Under the pieces are notes generated by a model, which searched no databases, was not told the DNA's origin, and worked only from the letters and a program-made list of their open reading frames with translations. Below are positions 1 through 10,705 of a stretch of 64,000 nucleotides of DNA, piece by piece; positions within the stretch are counted from its first letter, which is position 1; every line of letters starts with the position of its first letter. This DNA is from an uncultured Verrucomicrobiae bacterium (GTDB lineage: Bacteria; Verrucomicrobiota; Verrucomicrobiia; Chthoniobacterales; UBA10450). The DNA lies in NCBI GenBank assembly GCA_963726745.1, contig CAVSDR010000003.1:384001-448000 (forward strand). The letters are read 5' to 3'. Both the position numbers and the translations under genes were made by a program.

Positions 1-372
1 GCGATCGGTCAGGAGAGTGATGCGAAGGAAATTCTTCTGGCGCGCGAACTCGATCGCATACTCCAGCAACTTTGAGCCGTAGCCCATGCCCTGGTATTTC
101 TCGTGCACCACCAGGTCCTCCAGCGTGATCACAAAACCGCCCTCAGCCGTGCTGATGGTGAAGAGCAGGTTGATCATCCCCACGATCGCTTTGTCGTGCC
201 GCAGCACGAAAACGCGGCCGCGATTCGGCTGCTCAAAAATGAGGCGCAGCCCGCGGAGTTGCTTCTGCTTGTCCGGGCAGAAATCGCTCTCGGCCTGGAA
301 AAGCTCACCCAAAAGATCAGACAGCTCGTCCAAGTCTTCGAAGGTGGCCGGTTCGATCGCGACTTCGCTCAT
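1..372 (-). CDS. GNAT family N-acetyltransferase (3' end runs off window)
   Basis: Own translation from ATG at 372: MSEVAIEPATFEDLDEL...LEDLVVHEKYQGMGYGSKLL, with the GNAT acetyl-CoA motif A (V...QGxGxGxxLL). Not in the ORF track because it is truncated. Confidence 0.85.
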   Translation of the reverse strand, partial: MSEVAIEPATFEDLDELSDLLGELFQAESDFCPDKQKQLRGLRLIFEQPNRGRVFVLRHDKAIVGMINLLFTISTAEGGFVITLEDLVVHEKYQGMGYGSKLLEYAIEFARQKNFLRITLLTDR

Positions 373-479
373 GTGCGGCTGGTTATTCCACAAAGCGGCA
401 GGGGAGGCAATCGGCATCACCCCATACTACGGGTTTGCCTCCGGGGAGTTCGACGGAAAATTCCCCTACGCGGCGGCAA

Positions 480-507
480 TTGACAAGCCGGAGGCAGCCT
501 CTAAGGT
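480..507 (+). promoter_or_regulatory. sigma70-type promoter upstream of rpmH
   Basis: TTGACA at 480-485, 16-bp spacer, TAAGGT at 502-507, 40 bp before the rpmH ATG. Confidence 0.55.
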
Positions 508-546
508 AGCCGTCCTCGTTCGCCTCCGCGGCGACGATTTTGCCCT

Positions 547-720
547 ATGAAACGCACTCTCCAACGCTCCAAACGGACCCGGAAACGTCAACACGGCTTC
601 CGTGCCCGCATGAGCACCAAAGGCGGTCGCGCCTGCCTCGCCCGTCGTCGTCAACGCGGTCGTAAGCGGCTCCTGCCGAAGGGCGCTGAGGTGCAATACG
701 CCCGCCACACGCAGGCGTAA
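547..720 (+). CDS. rpmH: 50S ribosomal protein L34
   Basis: [42 protein letters not shown] plus a C-terminal extension; L34 signature HGFRARM. Confidence 0.97.
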   Translation: MKRTLQRSKRTRKRQHGFRARMSTKGGRACLARRRQRGRKRLLPKGAEVQYARHTQA

Positions 721-735
721 GAGGCTTCTGCCTTC

Positions 736-1818
736 TCACCGCTGCAGCTCCTGCAGCGGCGCCGCGTAGCCGGTCAGCTCGAGGTAGCCTCGGCCTTGCA
801 ACGGCTGCCCGCGGCTTGTCCCACGGACATCGATCGCCCCTTCCCAGTAGGCCAGCGGCAAGAGTGCGAGCTCCTGGTCCTCCAGCGTTGGCTGCACTTC
901 CAGCGAGAGCTTTTCCGCGGGAATCTCCACCCGCCAACCGACCGGATATTTCGCCCCCGTCCGGCCACTCTTCCAGATTTTAGCCGGCAACATGGTGAAA
1001 TCGCCGGCCTGCAAATGCGTGGCGCTGCCGTCGGCTGCGATCAGCGTCCCGCTCGAGCTTGGATCCTCCGTCCCGTCCGCCAGCCGCATCCGGTAGAGCA
1101 TCAGCGCACGGCCGTCCTCGAGCTGCACCGAGAGCCAATCCCAGCCGACCTGCCCCGGCGCGAGCTGGTTCGTGGCCCATTCGTGGTCGAACCAACTCTC
1201 GCCCTGGAGCGCGTGCTTCCGTCCCTCGAGCATCAGCTCGCCGGCGGTCGCGAGACGCGGGAAGGAATAATAGTGCGAGGCGTGCCCGGGCTCAGCCGCC
1301 TTGGCGCTGACACCGTTTTCGCCATGGATCACCGGCGGCGTCGCCGGAGCAAGCTCGAGACGCAGGGCGGCAGCTTTCTCGAGCGTCGCCTCAACCACGA
1401 AACGGCCATTAGGCAGCAACTTCAGCGACCAGTCATCGATCCAGGCCAGGCGTTCGCCTTCATCGAACCCAGCCTCGCCGAATGCGCCGCGACTGGTCTT
1501 TTGCGTGAAGCGAAAACGCTTCCCGGCGACATCCGTGATCGTGAAGTGCGCAAACTTGAGATCCTCGACCAGGAAACGTGAGCGCCCGGACTGCCGTTCG
1601 TTAGGCGGCAAGATGCCCTGGCGGAAAAAGGTCAGCTCGTAGCCAAAACGCGCGCCGTTTTCATCGAAGAGGTTGCCGGTAAAATACCACCACTCGGTCT
1701 TGAACTCCGCGTGCGTCCGGTGATCGCGCGGAAACTCGTAGCTCCAACCCGGCTCGGCCGTTTGCCAATCCGCCGCCACGCAGCCAAGCGCAAGCAGCAG
1801 CGCGAGCACTCTATTCAT
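736..1818 (-). CDS. secreted lipocalin-like AttH/CrtC-family protein
   Basis: Signal peptide MNRVLALLL; motifs FPRDH..H....EWWYFTGNL, SHYYS, SWFDHEW, GWDW, YWEG, GYLELTGY. Confidence 0.85.
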   Translation of the reverse strand: MNRVLALLLALGCVAADWQTAEPGWSYEFPRDHRTHAEFKTEWWYFTGNLFDENGARFGYELTFFRQGILPPNERQSGRSRFLVEDLKFAHFTITDVAGKRFRFTQKTSRGAFGEAGFDEGERLAWIDDWSLKLLPNGRFVVEATLEKAAALRLELAPATPPVIHGENGVSAKAAEPGHASHYYSFPRLATAGELMLEGRKHALQGESWFDHEWATNQLAPGQVGWDWLSVQLEDGRALMLYRMRLADGTEDPSSSGTLIAADGSATHLQAGDFTMLPAKIWKSGRTGAKYPVGWRVEIPAEKLSLEVQPTLEDQELALLPLAYWEGAIDVRGTSRGQPLQGRGYLELTGYAAPLQELQR

Positions 1819-4365
1819 CGCGCAACGCCTCCGTGACCGGCAGTTTTCCAGCACGCCACGCCGGATAAATTCCCGCGAGCACTGCGGCGGCAATGATCCA
1901 GACCGGGGTAAATGCGAGCGAGCCGAGCGGAAAGGCCAGCTGAATCGTCCAGCCGAAAAACGCGCGATTGATCACGCCCGTCAGCACCACCGAGAGACAA
2001 AGCCCGGAAGCCAAACCGACCGCCGCCGCGAGCAGCCCGATCATCCCCGATTCCCAGAGGAGCAGCCGCCGCAGTTGCCCCACGCTTCCGCCGAGCGCGC
2101 GGAGCACGCCCAGCTCGCGTGAGCGTTCCGCGATCAAGGTTGTGAGCGTGAGCGCAATTCCAACGACCGCGACCAACACAGCGATCGTGCGGAGCACATA
2201 AGTGACCGCGAAAGTTTGGTCGAAAATCTCAAAAATGCGCACCCGCAGCTCGCGATTAGACAGCACCATGAACTGCCCGCTGCGGCTGAAACGCGCGCGA
2301 AATTCCTTCGCGAGCGCTTCCGGCGATGCCTCCGGGCGAAGGTAAATCGCCAGGCTGTTGATCCGATCGTCTTTCCAAAAGCGCTTGAAGTTGTCCGCGC
2401 TCAAATAGACGACGCCCTGATCGCGCGTGTAATCGTAGAACGTGCCCGCGATTGGAAATTTTCGCGGCCCTTCCGGGGTCAGGAGCTCCAGAATCTCGCC
2501 GTCGCGCACCCGGTTGCGCCGGGCGAAACTTTCGGAAACCAGGACCACCTGCTCATGCGCGAAGCGCTGCATGATCGCGGCCGCGTCGCCTTGCAGGAAG
2601 CGCAGCCGGCGTTGCGCTCCCCCGCGGATGACCGCCACCGCAATCGATTTTTCCCCTAACGAGAGGTTGATCTCGCGAAAAGAATCGACCGACTGGACCG
2701 CCGGATGGCTTTCGAAAAACTGCGTCACCTCCGGCGGGATGAACGAGGTCGGCCCGACGATCTCGTTTGAGGCCGGGGCAATGAAGAGATCGGCCAGCAG
2801 CGTCTGCTCGATCCAGGAGCCAACCGTCTGGCGGAAGGAGTAAACCATCACGCTTACCCCAATGGCCATGGCCACAGCCGCGGCCAGGGCGGCGATCGTG
2901 ACCGAGTTGCGCACGAGCGCGCGGCCGATATTGGCCGCGGCCAGGCTGGGCTCAATCGAGCCGCGCAGCCCGCGGCTCGCGAGCCGGCTAAACCGGAGCG
3001 CCACCTCCGGCACCAGGAAGGAAAAGCCGAGCAGGACAAAGAAGGCCGCGCCAAAACCAATCCACGGCGGCGCCACCGTGAGCGCGCCTAACGAGCATAA
3101 AATAGCCAGCAAGATGGAACGAGCCCAGCCCAGCGCCAGCGCGGGGAAAGCTGCGCCGCTTGCTCGATCATCGTCCCGGCCCGGAGCGCGCGCACCGGAT
3201 CCATCTTCGCGGCCGCGGCCGCAGGCAGCCAGGCCGCCAGCAGCACCGAGAACAAGCCCAAGGCGGCAGCGCCCGCGAACATTCCCGGGGAAAGCGCGAC
3301 CGCACGCACACTCAGGAGCACGTAGAGCGAGGAAATCGTCTGCGCCACCGTCCCTACCAGCATCTGCGCCAGGGCCACGCCGCCCAGCAAACCCGCGAGC
3401 ACGCCCACGCTGCCGAGCACCAGTGCTTCGCCCAGGAAAAGAAAGCGCACCTCGCCGCGGGTCACGCCTAACGAGCGCAGAATTCCGATCTCGCTCCGGC
3501 GCCGCACGACCGAGGCGGAGACGGTGTTGTAGATCAAAAACATTCCCACCAGGAGCGAGACCAGGCTCATCGCGGTGAGATTAAGCTGGAAACCAGCCAG
3601 CATTTTCCCCACCTGCTCCCCACGCTGCGCCGGCGCCGCGACGTTCACTTCCGGCGGCAAGAGGTCGCGCAACTCCGCCAGCACCGCCTCGCGTTCCGCT
3701 CCCGGCGCGAGCTGCAGTTGGATCGAGCTGAGCTGGCCGCGCCGGGCGAAAAGCTCCTGCGCCCAGCCCAGGTCCATCGCCGCGAAGTGCACATCCGGCG
3801 CGCTCAAGCCGCTGCCGCGAAGAATGAATCCAACCCGCAGCTCGTGCTCCGCCCCATTCACTTGCACGCGCAAGCGGTCGCCGGTTTTCAAGCCGCGTTC
3901 TTCGGCGAAACTCTGCGTGACCGCGAGCGCCTGCGCGTCCCCCAGCCAGCGCTGCACATCGAATTGCTTCGCCGCGGCGAAGTCGTTCAGCTCGAAGGTG
4001 CGGAAGCTTTCATTCGTGAAAACGTCCACCCCGAGGACCTGAAGATATTCTCCCGGGAAATCCGGCAAGGTGAGCAGCCCGCGGACGACGGGCGTGGCCG
4101 CGCGAATCCCCCGCGCCCCCGAAATTGCCGGCAAAATTTCCTCCGGCACGCCATTCGCCCCGCTGATCACCAAGTCCGCCTTGCCGGCGACCACGTCGAT
4201 GGTCGCGGCGAAGGCACGGCTGGCACTGTGATTGGCGATTTGAATCGCGAGATAAACCGCCACGCCCAAGGCCACGCTCAGGACATTCAAGAGCGCGAGC
4301 AGCCGATGCCGCGCGAGGTAGCGCAGCACATGCCAGCGAAAGAGATGGAGGTAACACGCGCTCAC
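1811..4365 (-). CDS. ABC transporter permease, duplicated FtsX/MacB type (AttFG-like); frameshift near 3115
   Basis: ORFs 3088-4368 and 1811-3112 are the two halves; two FtsX motifs ([24 protein letters not shown]); overlaps the AttH-like gene. Confidence 0.85.
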
Positions 4366-4544
4366 CAAAGAAATATCGCCAGCAGTAAACCTCCCGCCTG
4401 TTTTAGCCAGCGCTTTGACTATACGAGCAGGCTGCGTCCGCAGATGAAAGCGCTGGCAAACGAGCGCGAAATTGCCGTTGCATCACCAGCCTTCCAACGC
4501 AAAATACCTGCTCCCGCGAAAGGCCCAATTTCCCGGGAACTTTC

Positions 4545-4616
<72 letters not shown>

Positions 4617-4718
4617 CTTCCTCCTTCAGCTCGAAGAGCTTTTCTGCGACAACTCCCGTAAGCAGAAGCCCGGTTGAATAATGGGTGGTTGTGGACGAGG
4701 GAAAATCTCTTCCGCACC

Positions 4719-6530
4719 ATGGACCCATCCAGTCAGCCTCCGCTCGACATTAACGAGCTCATCGCTCGCATCCGGGAAGAGGCCGACCGCCGCACGGCCG
4801 CGGCGAATTTCCTCGGCGCCGCCGGGCAGGCTCGACTGCCGGCACTGCGCGTTCTCCCACGACCGCCATCGGTGACCTGGCGCCGCACGGTTGATCCGAA
4901 AAAAGAGCGCCTGGAGGCGTTGCTGCAAATTGCCCGGGAGAAAAACGATGGACCTGCGGGCACGCCGAAGATGTTCCGCGGACTGACGCGGCGACAAGGA
5001 AGTTACAACCGGGCCTTGATCGATGCCCTCGGCCTTCTGACCAAAAGCAACCTGCAGTTGAACAAGCAGGTGCGGGAGTTAACCGAATCCTTCGACGCGC
5101 AGGCGCGTTGGCTGGACGCGCTGGTCGACCACGAGCGCAGCGACCGCGCCTGGATGCAGGCCGCGGGCACCATCCTCGGCGGCGTTAGTCACCTGGCCGC
5201 GGAGGTGCGTTCCCTGCGGGATCTTCGCGACCGATTGGATGAGCTGGAGGAGCGCCTCCAAGCCGCCGAGGACGCAACGGCGGCAGAACGCGCGCGGAGC
5301 GAGCACAGCACGGCGGCCTTGGAGGAAGTGCGTTCGGCGCTGCAGAAATTGCCGGCTGAAGGGAAACGGCAAACCGGGGAACTGGAAGCGCGGATCGCCA
5401 GCCTTGCGGCCTCGTGGGCCGGCGAGCTCAAAGGATTAGACGACCGGCTGACGAGCGCGGCCCAGAGCCACCGGAGCCAACAAGCGGAGCAACAGAGCGA
5501 GGTGCGCAAATTGATCGAGGTGCAGGCGGCCCAGCTCGCGGCCCTCCAGAAAGCCCAGGCTGAGCTGGCCACGGAAGGACGGCAGAAATCAAGCGCGTTG
5601 GAATCGGCTCAAGGGGAACTCGGGACAAAGCTGGAGCAGCGCCTGACGGAATTCGCGGAACTCGCGCATTCGCTGCGCACGACTCAGGAGAGATTGCAGG
5701 ATGCGTTGGTGCGCAATGAAGAGCGGCAACTAAGCGACGCGGCCTTCATTAAAGCCCAGCTTTCCTACCAGATGCTGCGCCTGGAGGAGAATTCGCCCAC
5801 GGCGAGCGAAAGCACCGACGACACCCCCACGGCGCTCACTTCGTCGCCCTCCGAAACCGCATCGCTTGATGCCTTGTATTTCGCTTTCGAAAACCGTTTC
5901 CGGGGCGAGCGACAGGATGTGAAGGAACGGCTCACGGTTTACCTGCCGTTTCTCCGCGAGCGTGGTATCACCGGCGAGCACGGTCGCGTGATCGACCTGG
6001 GATGCGGCCGGGGCGAATGGCTCGAGCTGCTCCGCGAGCACGAGGTCCGCAACCTGGCCGGGGTCGATCTGAATGAGGTCATGGTGCAGCAATGCCGCAT
6101 GCGTGATTTGGAAGTCACCCGGGAGGATTGCGTGGAAGCGTTGCGCGCCCAGAGCGAAGGATCCTGTGAATTAATCACCGCTTTCCACCTGGTGGAGCAT
6201 TTGCCGCTTAAGGTGCTCATGGCTTTCCTAGGCCAAATTCATCACACCCTCCGTCCCGGCGGTCTTTTGATTTTGGAAACCCCCAACCCGCGAAACATTC
6301 TCGTGGGAGCGAGCGATTTTTATCGCGACATGACTCACCGAAATCCGATCCATCCAGACACGCTCTCTTTTGTGCTGGAAACCCTCGGCTTCCAAGCAGT
6401 CAAAGTGTTCTTTCTCGCCGATGCCGAGGGGGCGCGGACTGCGGTGCCGCAGGAGGAGTTCCGTTTCGATAATCTTTCATCCTACGTGGATGTGCCGCGA
6501 GACTTTGCCGTGCTGGCCTCGAAGGCGTGA
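4719..6530 (+). CDS. coiled-coil + class I SAM-dependent methyltransferase (glycan-locus type)
   Basis: Long heptad-rich N-terminus; C-terminal FENRFRG, VIDLGCGRGEWL, FHLVEHL, LILETPNP. Confidence 0.85.
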   Translation: MDPSSQPPLDINELIARIREEADRRTAAANFLGAAGQARLPALRVLPRPPSVTWRRTVDPKKERLEALLQIAREKNDGPAGTPKMFRGLTRRQGSYNRALIDALGLLTKSNLQLNKQVRELTESFDAQARWLDALVDHERSDRAWMQAAGTILGGVSHLAAEVRSLRDLRDRLDELEERLQAAEDATAAERARSEHSTAALEEVRSALQKLPAEGKRQTGELEARIASLAASWAGELKGLDDRLTSAAQSHRSQQAEQQSEVRKLIEVQAAQLAALQKAQAELATEGRQKSSALESAQGELGTKLEQRLTEFAELAHSLRTTQERLQDALVRNEERQLSDAAFIKAQLSYQMLRLEENSPTASESTDDTPTALTSSPSETASLDALYFAFENRFRGERQDVKERLTVYLPFLRERGITGEHGRVIDLGCGRGEWLELLREHEVRNLAGVDLNEVMVQQCRMRDLEVTREDCVEALRAQSEGSCELITAFHLVEHLPLKVLMAFLGQIHHTLRPGGLLILETPNPRNILVGASDFYRDMTHRNPIHPDTLSFVLETLGFQAVKVFFLADAEGARTAVPQEEFRFDNLSSYVDVPRDFAVLASKA

Positions 6531-7567
6531 AGATCGCGCTCGCCACCATCCAGACGCCTTTCATCGAAGGAGGCGCGGAATATCTGCTCCGGGGATTGCA
6601 GAGCGCCCTGGCCGACGCAGGGCACAAGGTCGAGAGAATTTCTCTGCCCTTTCGCTTCAGTCCTCCGGCCGAGGTTGCGCGGAGCATGGAGATTTGGGAA
6701 ACGGAAGACTTCACGGCTTTGAACGGGCACCAGGCCGACCTGGTGATGTGCCTGCAATTCCCGGCCTACTACGTGCAACACCCGCGCAAGGTCCTGTGGT
6801 TGATGCACCAATTCCGCATGGTTTACGACCTGTGGGAGACGCCCTATGCGGGCGGTTTTTCACAGGATCCCGTGGGGCTCGAACTGCAGCGCCGAATAAC
6901 CGAAAAGGACACAAAATATCTCGCGGGAATCGAACGCCGCTTCACGATCGCGAAGAATGTTTCCGCGCGGCTGGAGCGCTACAACGGACTTGCCTCCGTG
7001 CCGCTGTATCATCCGCCAGCGGCGGCTGAGCGCTTTTTTTGCGCCGAACCGGAGCCCTATGTCCTGGTCCCAAGCCGCCTGGAACAAACCAAGCGACAAG
7101 ATCTCCTGCTGCGCGCATTGCCTTTCGTCGATTCTCCAATGGTCGCCATCCTTTGCGGCGATGGCGGGCAACGTCCAGCGCTCGAGGCCCTGGCTTTGGA
7201 ACTGAAGGTGCGCGATCGAGTTTTCTTCCTCGGGCACGTAACCGAGGAAGAAAAGTGGGGCCTCTACGCCCATGCCACCTCGGTCTTCTTTGGTCCTTAT
7301 GACGAGGATTATGGCTACGTTACCCTGGAGGCGATGCTGTCCGCCAAGCCGGTGGTTACTTGCTCCGATTCTGGCGGACCGCTCGAGTTCCTGGTGGACA
7401 ACGAAACCGGCCTGGTCGTTCCGCCGGAGCCGGAAGCCATTGCGCAAGCGATCAACCGTTTGAACGATCACACGCTCGCGCAACGGATGGGGCGCAATGG
7501 GAAGCAGCACTATCGGGAAATGGAAATCACCTGGGACAAAGCCGTCGCCTGCCTGACGGAAACCTAG
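6527..7567 (+). CDS. glycosyltransferase family 4
   Basis: GGAE N-terminal motif, SRLEQTKR, EDYGYVTLEAM (E-x7-E). Confidence 0.92.
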   Translation: MKIALATIQTPFIEGGAEYLLRGLQSALADAGHKVERISLPFRFSPPAEVARSMEIWETEDFTALNGHQADLVMCLQFPAYYVQHPRKVLWLMHQFRMVYDLWETPYAGGFSQDPVGLELQRRITEKDTKYLAGIERRFTIAKNVSARLERYNGLASVPLYHPPAAAERFFCAEPEPYVLVPSRLEQTKRQDLLLRALPFVDSPMVAILCGDGGQRPALEALALELKVRDRVFFLGHVTEEEKWGLYAHATSVFFGPYDEDYGYVTLEAMLSAKPVVTCSDSGGPLEFLVDNETGLVVPPEPEAIAQAINRLNDHTLAQRMGRNGKQHYREMEITWDKAVACLTET

Positions 7568-7585
7568 GACGAGCGCGGGGGGGTT

Positions 7586-10031
7586 ATGAAAATTGGGATC
7601 ATCGCGCCGAGTCCGGCACCATTTACCATCGGCGGTGCGGAGAAGTTATTTTGGGGACTCCTGCGCGCGATTAACTCCCAGACCTCGCATCAGGCAGAGT
7701 TAATTAAGTTACCTACCCGGGAACATAGCTTCTGGGACCTGGTCGATAGCTATGAGCAATACTTCAAGCTGGACGTCACCCATTTCGATCTCGTCATTAG
7801 CACGAAGTATCCCTCATGGATGGTCGAGCACCCGAACCACGTCTGCTACATGGTTCACACGCTGCGCGGCTTTTACGATTGCTTTCACTACCTTAAGCTT
7901 CCCCCGCGCTACCAGACCGAGCATCCTGCAATCCGCTCGTTGCAGGCGCAATTAGCGAACGCGCGACCTGACCGCGCTGCGCTTAGGGAAGTCTTTGCGC
8001 AGTTGCACTCCCTGCGCAGCCAAACCGCTGACCTCCCAGCCGATGCCTTTGCCTTCCCAGGGAGCCTCATTCGCGAACTGGTTGTCTATTTTGATCGAGT
8101 CGGTTTGCGCCGAGAAGCGATTCGGAAGTTTTTCGCCATCTCGCAAACGGTCGCCGACCGCACCTCGTACTTCCCGGAAGGCGCCAAGGTTACCGCGCTG
8201 CGGCCGCCTTCGAACCTTGAGGGTTTGCATGCAGGGAAAGCGAAATACCTTTTTACTGCCAGCCGGCTGGACGGGCCGAAAAGAATCGATTTGCTGATCT
8301 CGGCGATGAAGTTTGTCTCCGCGCCGACGGAGTTGCGCATCGCCGGTGAAGGACCGGAAGCAGCCAGGCTGAAAGAGCTGGCAAAAGATGATCCGCGGAT
8401 TGTCTTCCTGGGTTACCGGAGCGACGCGCAACTAGTTAACGACTATGCCGATGCTCTCGCGGTTCTGTTTGTTCCCGCGCAGGAGGATTATGGCCTTATC
8501 ACCGTGGAGGCGATGATGAGCGGCAAGCCGGTCATAACCGTGAACGATTCCGGAGGACCCACCGAACTGGTGGAGCACGGCCAGAATGGCTACTGCGTCG
8601 ATCCGGAACCGGCGGTGCTCGGCGAAGCCATGGAAACGCTGTGCCGCGCGCCTGATCTGGCCGCAAGCATGGGCCGCCGAGGCCAGCAGACCGTGCAGAG
8701 CATTACTTGGCCGGAAACCGTTCGCACGCTCCTGGGAGAAGCTAAGAGCAGCAAAACCACCAAGAGATCGCGTCGCCTCATGGTCGCGACTTCCTTTCCA
8801 GTAACCCCAGTGCGCGGCGGCGGCCAGGCCCGGATTTTCCACTTCTACCAAAACCTCGCCCCTGCCTATAGCACGGAGATCGTCACCCTGGCTCCGGCGG
8901 GCACGGAAGCTTGCACGCTCGAGATTGCACCGGGTGTGCGCGAGATCCGGATCCCTAAATCCGCGGCGCATGAAGCGGCCGAATGCCAGATCTCTTCCCA
9001 AGTGGAGTGGTTCCCGGTCACCGATGTGGCCCTGCCGCGGCTCCTGCACCTCACACCGCGTTACCTCGAGGCGCTGGCTGCAGCTTCGGCTGAGGCCGAC
9101 ACGGTCGTGGCCTGCCATCCTTACACCTTCAATGCGCTCCATGACATTTCCTCCCGGCCTTTGTGGTATGAAGCTCAGGACGTCGAATTTCTGCTAAAGG
9201 GAGCCGTCCTTCCGAAAACGCCGGAAGGGATTGCGTTGATCGAAGAAGTAAAGGAAATCGAGCGCCGTTGCTGCGAGCGGGCCGACCTGGTGCTTGCCTG
9301 CAGCGAGACCGATGCGCGCGATCTCGGCCGTCTTTACGATTGCCCGGAGGGCAAGATTCACCTCGTGCCGAATGGAGTCGACACTCGCTCTATTCCTTTT
9401 ATTTCCCGCGAAACCACGGCCCGCCTGCGCCGGCAAATGAACCTCGGAGAACGCTCTTCGTGCGATCTTCGTCGGAAGCTGGCATCCGCCCAACATCGCC
9501 GCGATCAAAGACATCATGCAGCTGGCTCCGCAGTGCCCGGAGATTGATTTCCTGATCATTGGCAGCAGCTGCGCGGCCTTCGTTGATTCGCCTCGTCCGG
9601 CAAATGTCGGCCTTCTGGGGGAAGTCGACGACGAGACCAAGCACATCGTCCTTTCCCTGGCGCAAATCGCCCTGAATCCGATGCGCACCGGTTCGGGGAC
9701 TAACCTAAAAATGCTCGAGTATGCTGCCGGGGGCGTGCCGATCTTAACCACGGAGATGGGTCTTCGCGGTCTGGACTTTTGCCCGGAGAAGGAGGTCGCG
9801 GTAGCTCCGCTGGAAGATTTTGCCGCCGGCATCGCACGCCTCCGCGCGATGAGCCAGGCGGACTTGGAGCAATTGACTGGTGCGGCCCGAAAACGCGCGG
9901 AAAGTTCCTTCGACTGGCGGCAGATTGCCCGGCGGTTTCTCAAAAACATCTCTGCGACTCGCCGAGAGTTTTCCGTAGGACTTTCTGGCGCAAAGCGTCG
10001 GCTAATGTTGAGCCTCGCGGGCGGGCGATAG
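7586..10031 (+). CDS. tandem two-domain GT4 glycosyltransferase; frameshift near 9455
   Basis: Domain 1: GGAE...EDYGLITVEAM. Domain 2: RGGGQAR...FVGSWHPPN...GSGTNLKMLEY, continuing in ORF 9516-10031. Confidence 0.88.
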
Positions 10032-10077
10032 CTTCGAATTCGGTTGCGGAGCAGTGCGACCAAGGGACATTCGGAGC

Positions 10078-10668
10078 ATGACTTCGCGGCTTTCTTTCCT
10101 GCGTCGATTGCTTTGCCTGGTCGTTATCCTCTCCGTCGCCCTTTCCGGCGTCCAAGCGCAGGAGAAGAGCGCGGCCGCGCCCTCCCCCAGCTCACCGAAT
10201 GTCGGTAAGGCATCGGCTCAGGCCGCGAAGTATGAGCTCGGCACCAAAGTCAGTTTCGGCACCGGTGGGAATTCCGCGGCCTACAAAGGTGCCGGCTGGA
10301 GCAGCGAGGAAACCGGCCACACGTGGACCGATAAGCCAGCTGCCACGTTGGAGATGAAGGTGCCTAAAGCCGATACATCCTTGGAATTAACCATGCGTAT
10401 GAGTGCGCTGGTAAAACCTCCAGCGCTGCCGTTTCAGCCGGTCGTTGTCACCGTCAACGGGATCAAGGTCGCGGACTGGGAAGTAAACTCTGAGCAAGAC
10501 TATCGGGCGACGATTCCGAAGACGGCTTTGGATGCGACCGGCGGGCTGCACATTCAGTTGAGTATTCCAAAAGCCGCCAGCCCGACTTCCCTGGGTCTCG
10601 GGCAGGATGATCGGGTGTTGGGTTTGAACGTTTCGGAATTGCAAATCTCTGCTGTTGCGACCCCGTGA
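10078..10668 (+). CDS. exported hypothetical protein with beta-sandwich-like domain
   Basis: Signal peptide ending VQA; GGAG RBS; GWSSEE..HTWT...DDRVLGL pattern. Confidence 0.7.
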   Translation: MTSRLSFLRRLLCLVVILSVALSGVQAQEKSAAAPSPSSPNVGKASAQAAKYELGTKVSFGTGGNSAAYKGAGWSSEETGHTWTDKPAATLEMKVPKADTSLELTMRMSALVKPPALPFQPVVVTVNGIKVADWEVNSEQDYRATIPKTALDATGGLHIQLSIPKAASPTSLGLGQDDRVLGLNVSELQISAVATP

Positions 10669-10705
10669 GACTTTCCTCCTCCGCGGGGGCTAGCGCTCTG
10701 GCTTG

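Noticed and set aside
382..392. DnaA-box-like TATTCCACA near rpmH (possible oriC)
   Set aside because: A single mismatched box with no dnaA, box cluster or AT-rich unwinding element.
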